From: Podarcis erhardii
Taxonomy: Eukaryota
Assembly: GCA_964252035.1 (NCBI GenBank)
Contig: OZ176205.1
Length of the DNA stretch: 64,000 nt
Direction: 5' to 3' (one strand)
Shown: one piece after another, positions 60,201-64,000 of the stretch
Layout: each line of letters begins with the position of its first letter
Position numbering within the stretch: the stretch's first letter is position 1
The notes under the pieces: generated by a model
Database searches by the model: none
The model's input: the letters and a program-made list of their open reading frames with translations, nothing else
Told to the model about the DNA's origin: nothing
Translations under genes and position numbers: made by a program

Positions 60201-63200
60201 CCATCCTTTCCCAAACTAGTACTCTTCATATGTTTTTTGGACTGCAGTTCCCATCATTCCTGACCATTGCCAGTGCTGGCTGGGGCTGATGGGAACTGGA
60301 GTCCAAAATATCTAGAAGCCACCAAGTTGTGTTTGGCCGACTTTAGATGCTATTGTAGCATACAACCCTGAATCTGTCTCTCTTCCTTCAGCTCCCAATA
60401 CCAGGTTCCTTGACTTCCACCTGACACAGAGTTCTCAACCCCAGTTGTCCTTTCTAGATGTTGTCCCATGTAGCTGTGTCCAGGAATTGGATCAGCTCTA
60501 GCGAGTTGCCTACCATTATTTGCATTATGAGTTATAAACCACTGATAATTACTGATTTTCACCTAAGACAGTGTTTTCCCTTTGAAATAAAGTGGTGTCA
60601 CTGATGTGTGTTAGGATAATGTGAATAATGCTTTAATGCGGCTAAGGTAAAGGTAAAGGAACCCCTGACCATTAGGTCCGGGTCATGTGGCCAGCATGAC
60701 TAAAGCTACTTCTGGCGAACCAGAGCAGCGCACGGAAACGCCGTTTACCTTCCCGCCGGAGCGGTGCCTATTTATCTACTTGCACTTTGATGCAAACTGC
60801 TAGGTGGGCAGGATCTGGGACAGAGTAACAGGAGCTCACCCCGTCACAGGGATTTGAACCACCGACCTTCTGTTCGGCAAGCCCTAGGCTCAGTGGTTGT
60901 CATGAGGTTTTCCTCTGCTGAACTTTAACACATACTCTTGGACTAACTGGAGGGGGGCCAGGAAGATGGCGCCAGGTCAAGTCTCAACTGAGTCTCTGTT
61001 GCATGAGTAGGAGCTCTAATGATCAAATTACCCTGATAAAAAGGCTCAACCTATGAAAATATCTGCCAACTTTTATCAGTAAAAGACTCCGGGAGCTGCT
61101 GGGTGGACTTTTAAACCTCCCCTCCCTTTCAAAGCTACTTAAATCAACTTTGAACCACCTCTCTTGAAAAGCCCATAAAGCTGTGGGCTGGATAAAATAG
61201 CCCTATTTATTTCCGAGTATGAAGATGGTACTTACAAGACACATACTCTTTAAAAAACAAATACCTCGTAGGCAATAAATAGGAGTTGCAGACATTTACT
61301 GTATGATTTCACTGGGTGAAAGGTGGAAATCCCTTACCCAGAATCTCTGTGCTGTTGACTGTGCAGCTACTGGTGCATCAACTTTCTGGGAGAACAGCCA
61401 AAGATAGCTTTAGGGGTAAGCAAAACAGGTATCCATTTACCATAACTAAAAGCGAGGGGTAATCTAGGAATGATTCTCCTTGTGACTGGGCCTCTCACAT
61501 AGCAGTACGAGCAGAGAAACATGTTTTCCACAAAAGCGGAAGAGGGCATGGCTAGATCAACACCATCAGCCAAATGTTTCCTTCTGTCATTTGATATCTG
61601 TGATTGTGCCAGTTTTATTCCTAGGAGCAATTAGAAGTCAAATAGGGTAGGATTGAAGTCTAGCGTGATAACAGGAAGGGGGATTTATGTAACCTCTACC
61701 ACTTCGAAATTATCTGTTAAGCAAATTTGTTAGCTTGGGAAAAATATTCTTTCTAGGAATACTTAATGAAATCTAGAAGACAGGCAAAGTAGAGAAGCCG
61801 ACATTCTTTGTTTAGACCAGTGTGGCTTGATAAAAGGATTCCATCTACATTTGTAATGTTTACTGAACTTTCAGAAAAGAAGAGGTGTGGGTTGCAACCC
61901 TAAGCATTTCACCAAGGAATTGATCCTAGCAAGATTTATTTCTTGATTTATTTGATGAAGAGGCCACCTTAGAACAGAAAACGCTATTTACACATCTATT
62001 TTGAGACCAAAAGGCAGGCTGCAGACATATTAATAACAAAAATATTTAGGATTGGGCTGCAAATCTGCTTACCTTGGAAGTGAGACCCTGGAAACCAGTG
62101 GGGCTTGCTGTCGATGCTACTCTGGACGCAGCTGTCGTTAAATGTCCTACCTTGTGTTGGTCCTTTCTTTGTTCTGGTTTCCATTGCTTTCACCTTCAAT
62201 TAATTAAATGTGGGTCTTTTCAAATCCTAGGTACCAATAGGTATTTCCGGAGTATAGCATCAGAGATGGGCCTGAAAACTATTTTTGTTGACTGCACCAA
62301 ACTGGAAAACCTCAAGGCTGCAATTACACCAGAGACCAAGGTAACAGAGGAATGCTCATAAAACAGTGTTTGCAACATGCCTGGGATGACTTTATTATAT
62401 CAAGCCTCCTCGGTTTACAAGGGCCTGGGAGTGACTGCAGATGTGTAGGAGAGGGAAATATTAAAGTGATAATACTACAGATCACTTATATACTGACACT
62501 GTTGGAGCAAACTCTTCTTTGCTTTAAGAGGCAAACACAACTGTATATCATGTAGCTGTCACTCCTGATCTCTGGCAAGTGCCTGGTGGGCATTTGCCAA
62601 TGTAAGCAAGAATGGTGTAAGTAATATGAAGATTATTTTTTGAAAACATTATTGGGTATGATAGGAATTGGAGCAGGATCGCTTGGATCTTGTCTATCCC
62701 CTCATGACAGCTTGGGTGATTGCCATTGGAATTCATTTGATGAACAAAACATGCATGATTGGATCCTCAATTCTGGCAACAACAAGATGGTCATTGGATA
62801 CAACCCAGGGAGTTTTCTGGGTTGGTTCCAGACACTTGAGGCTAGTACAGCTCCCATCCAAATGGCTGCAGGTGAAATTGAAAAGCAGGTTTGATGCCCA
62901 GGATTTAAAGTCTGGCAGTTATTTCCATGGAGCCAATTGTGATTAATCAATATGGAATAGTGAATGTGCCACAACAACAGAAGAATCTGTTCTGTGGTGG
63001 GGTGGGTGGGTGTGCACACACGCATGGGTGTGTAAGCAAAAGACAAGCTCAGATTCTAACATAGGTGATAGCCTTTCCATTCAGTGTTTCCTTGAAACAT
63101 AGAAGAGAAAGGCAAGTTATTGGTGATATCAACAAAATCATATACACTTGTGTATCATTTCATAACTTTTACTGACTGACTGTCTTCTCAATAAACAGCT

Positions 63201-63330
63201 TGTCTGGATTGAAACTCCTACAAATCCAACGCTGAAAGTTGTTGATATTCAAGGTTGTGCTGACATCGTCCATAAGCATAAAGGCGTTATTCTTGCAGTG
63301 GACAATACTTTCATGTCTGCATATTTCCAG
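54054..63330 (+). CDS. CTH: Cystathionine gamma-lyase, 3'-partial; coding exons 54054-54221, 58836-58917, 59478-59573, 62231-62340, 63199-63330
   Basis: Joined exons give MENAKQRHAGFLPPFRHFATQAIHAGQEPEQWKSLAVVPPISLATTFKQQAPGKHSGFEYSRCGNPTRDSMEKAVAALDGAKYCLSYASGLAATVNIAHLLKAGDTVVCTDDVYGGTNRYFRSIASEMGLKTIFVDCTKLENLKAAITPETKLVWIETPTNPTLKVVDIQGCADIVHKHKGVILAVDNTFMSAYFQ (588 nt = 196 codons). Cys/Met PLP-enzyme motifs YSR-GNPT, DDVYGG, ETPTNP and VDNTF are present. The PLP-lysine exon lies beyond the window. Confidence 0.97.
54314..54450 (-). mobile_element. tRNA-Lys-derived SINE with CR1-type 3' tail, in CTH intron 1
   Basis: Minus strand CAGCTCAGTCGGTAGACGCATGGGACTCTT...GGTTCGAGCCCCACGT (A and B boxes, tRNA-Lys-CTT-like), then GGTTGGACTAGATGACCCTAGAGGTCCCTTCCAATTCTACGATTCT. 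Confidence 0.8.
58836..58917 (+). CDS. CTH: CTH exon 2 (GFEYSRCGNPTRDSMEKAVAALDGAKY)
   Basis: ttcatag|GGCTTT...GTATT|gtaagc; 82 nt. Confidence 0.95.
59325..59346. repeat. (CA)11 microsatellite
   Basis: Read directly. Confidence 0.9.
59478..59573 (+). CDS. CTH: CTH exon 3 (CLSYASGLAATVNIAHLLKAGDTVVCTDDVYG)
   Basis: ccgttag|GTTTA...GGGG|gtgagt; 96 nt. Confidence 0.95.
60644..60898 (-). mobile_element. Sauria SINE, 5'-truncated with internal deletion
   Basis: Reverse complement aligns to 48856-49208; lacks the segment between GGTCC and GGGTCATGTGG (TCC microhomology) and about 25 nt of the head. Confidence 0.85.
62231..62340 (+). CDS. CTH: CTH exon 4 (GTNRYFRSIASEMGLKTIFVDCTKLENLKAAITPETK)
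   Basis: atcctag|GTACC...CCAAG|gtaaca; 110 nt. Confidence 0.95.
63199..63330 (+). CDS. CTH: CTH exon 5 (LVWIETPTNPTLKVVDIQGCADIVHKHKGVILAVDNTFMSAYFQ)
   Basis: aaacag|CTTGT...TCCAG|gtaagc; 132 nt. Confidence 0.95.
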
Positions 63331-64000
63331 GTAAGCTGATTTCCCAGTGCAGTCCCAGAAGTGCTTCATGCATATAGTAATTTTTTCCTTCTCAAAAACG
63401 GTGTCACAGGAGGGAACTAGCAGTGATGAACTCTTCTGTGTTAAAGTGGTGCTGAATTTTGGATATGTGGTTGACTTTTCCAGGGTGTGTAGGCATTTAA
63501 TGGCTCTTCCACATAACATGAAACAGCATGAGACCACATTTTCTGGCATGTAAACCTGCTCAACAGGGGACATAAAGTTAATCTGGTAGATAGAGGGATA
63601 TGTTTCTTGTTTTCTAGAGCAAGCTGCAGCATAGTTCTGTGCATGTTTACTCAGATGTAAGCCCCACTGTGTTCAGTGAGATTTACACCCAAGCAGATGT
63701 ATTTTGGTTTCCCTTGTCACTGATCTGGTAAGTTGTGTGGAAGGTGGGGTGGAAATTCCGTAATTTTATGTGGAGTATTGGCTTTTTATTGATGATCCAC
63801 TGATCTTTCGTTTCTTTAATGGAATAACATTTTTTTCCTGTTCTTAGTAGATGAATACTCCTTTCAAAGCGATAAACTAATTATATATTTTATCTGTTAA
63901 TACAGATAAATAGGTAACCTTCAAGGGGCTCCAGTTAGGCTTACATGGTTCTCTGCCTCTCCTTGTTAGCTTCACAACAACCCCGTGAATTAGCTTAGTA

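Overview
This is vertebrate (squamate, probably lacertid lizard) genomic DNA, not prokaryotic. The taxon is inferred from Sauria SINEs, a tRNA-Lys/CR1-tail SINE and many Tc1-mariner and hAT MITEs. It holds the conserved syntenic block SRSF11 (+; 11 coding exons, 5' part outside the window, stop at 15871), ANKRD13C (-; complete 13-exon CDS 47434..22833, 1554 nt = 517 aa + stop) and CTH (+; coding exons 1-5 from ATG 54054, 3' part outside the window). All 29 exons were read by hand, have GT-AG boundaries and join in frame. Introns and intergenic DNA carry L2 and CR1 LINE fragments, SINEs, MITEs, microsatellites and two N-gaps. I see no evidence of a wholly new gene system, CRISPR array, rRNA or functional tRNA. 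The most interesting signal is a cluster of candidate regulatory exons in one SRSF11 intron (1257-5458): two well-bounded poison exons, an in-frame 18-nt microexon with a competing PTC donor, and further orphan acceptors. Also notable are a strong-Kozak uORF in frame with ANKRD13C, a YY1 plus double TCTCGCGAGA promoter with a possible divergent spliced RNA, and MITEs carrying housekeeping-promoter motifs. Family names and orthology come from recognition and recall, not database searches.
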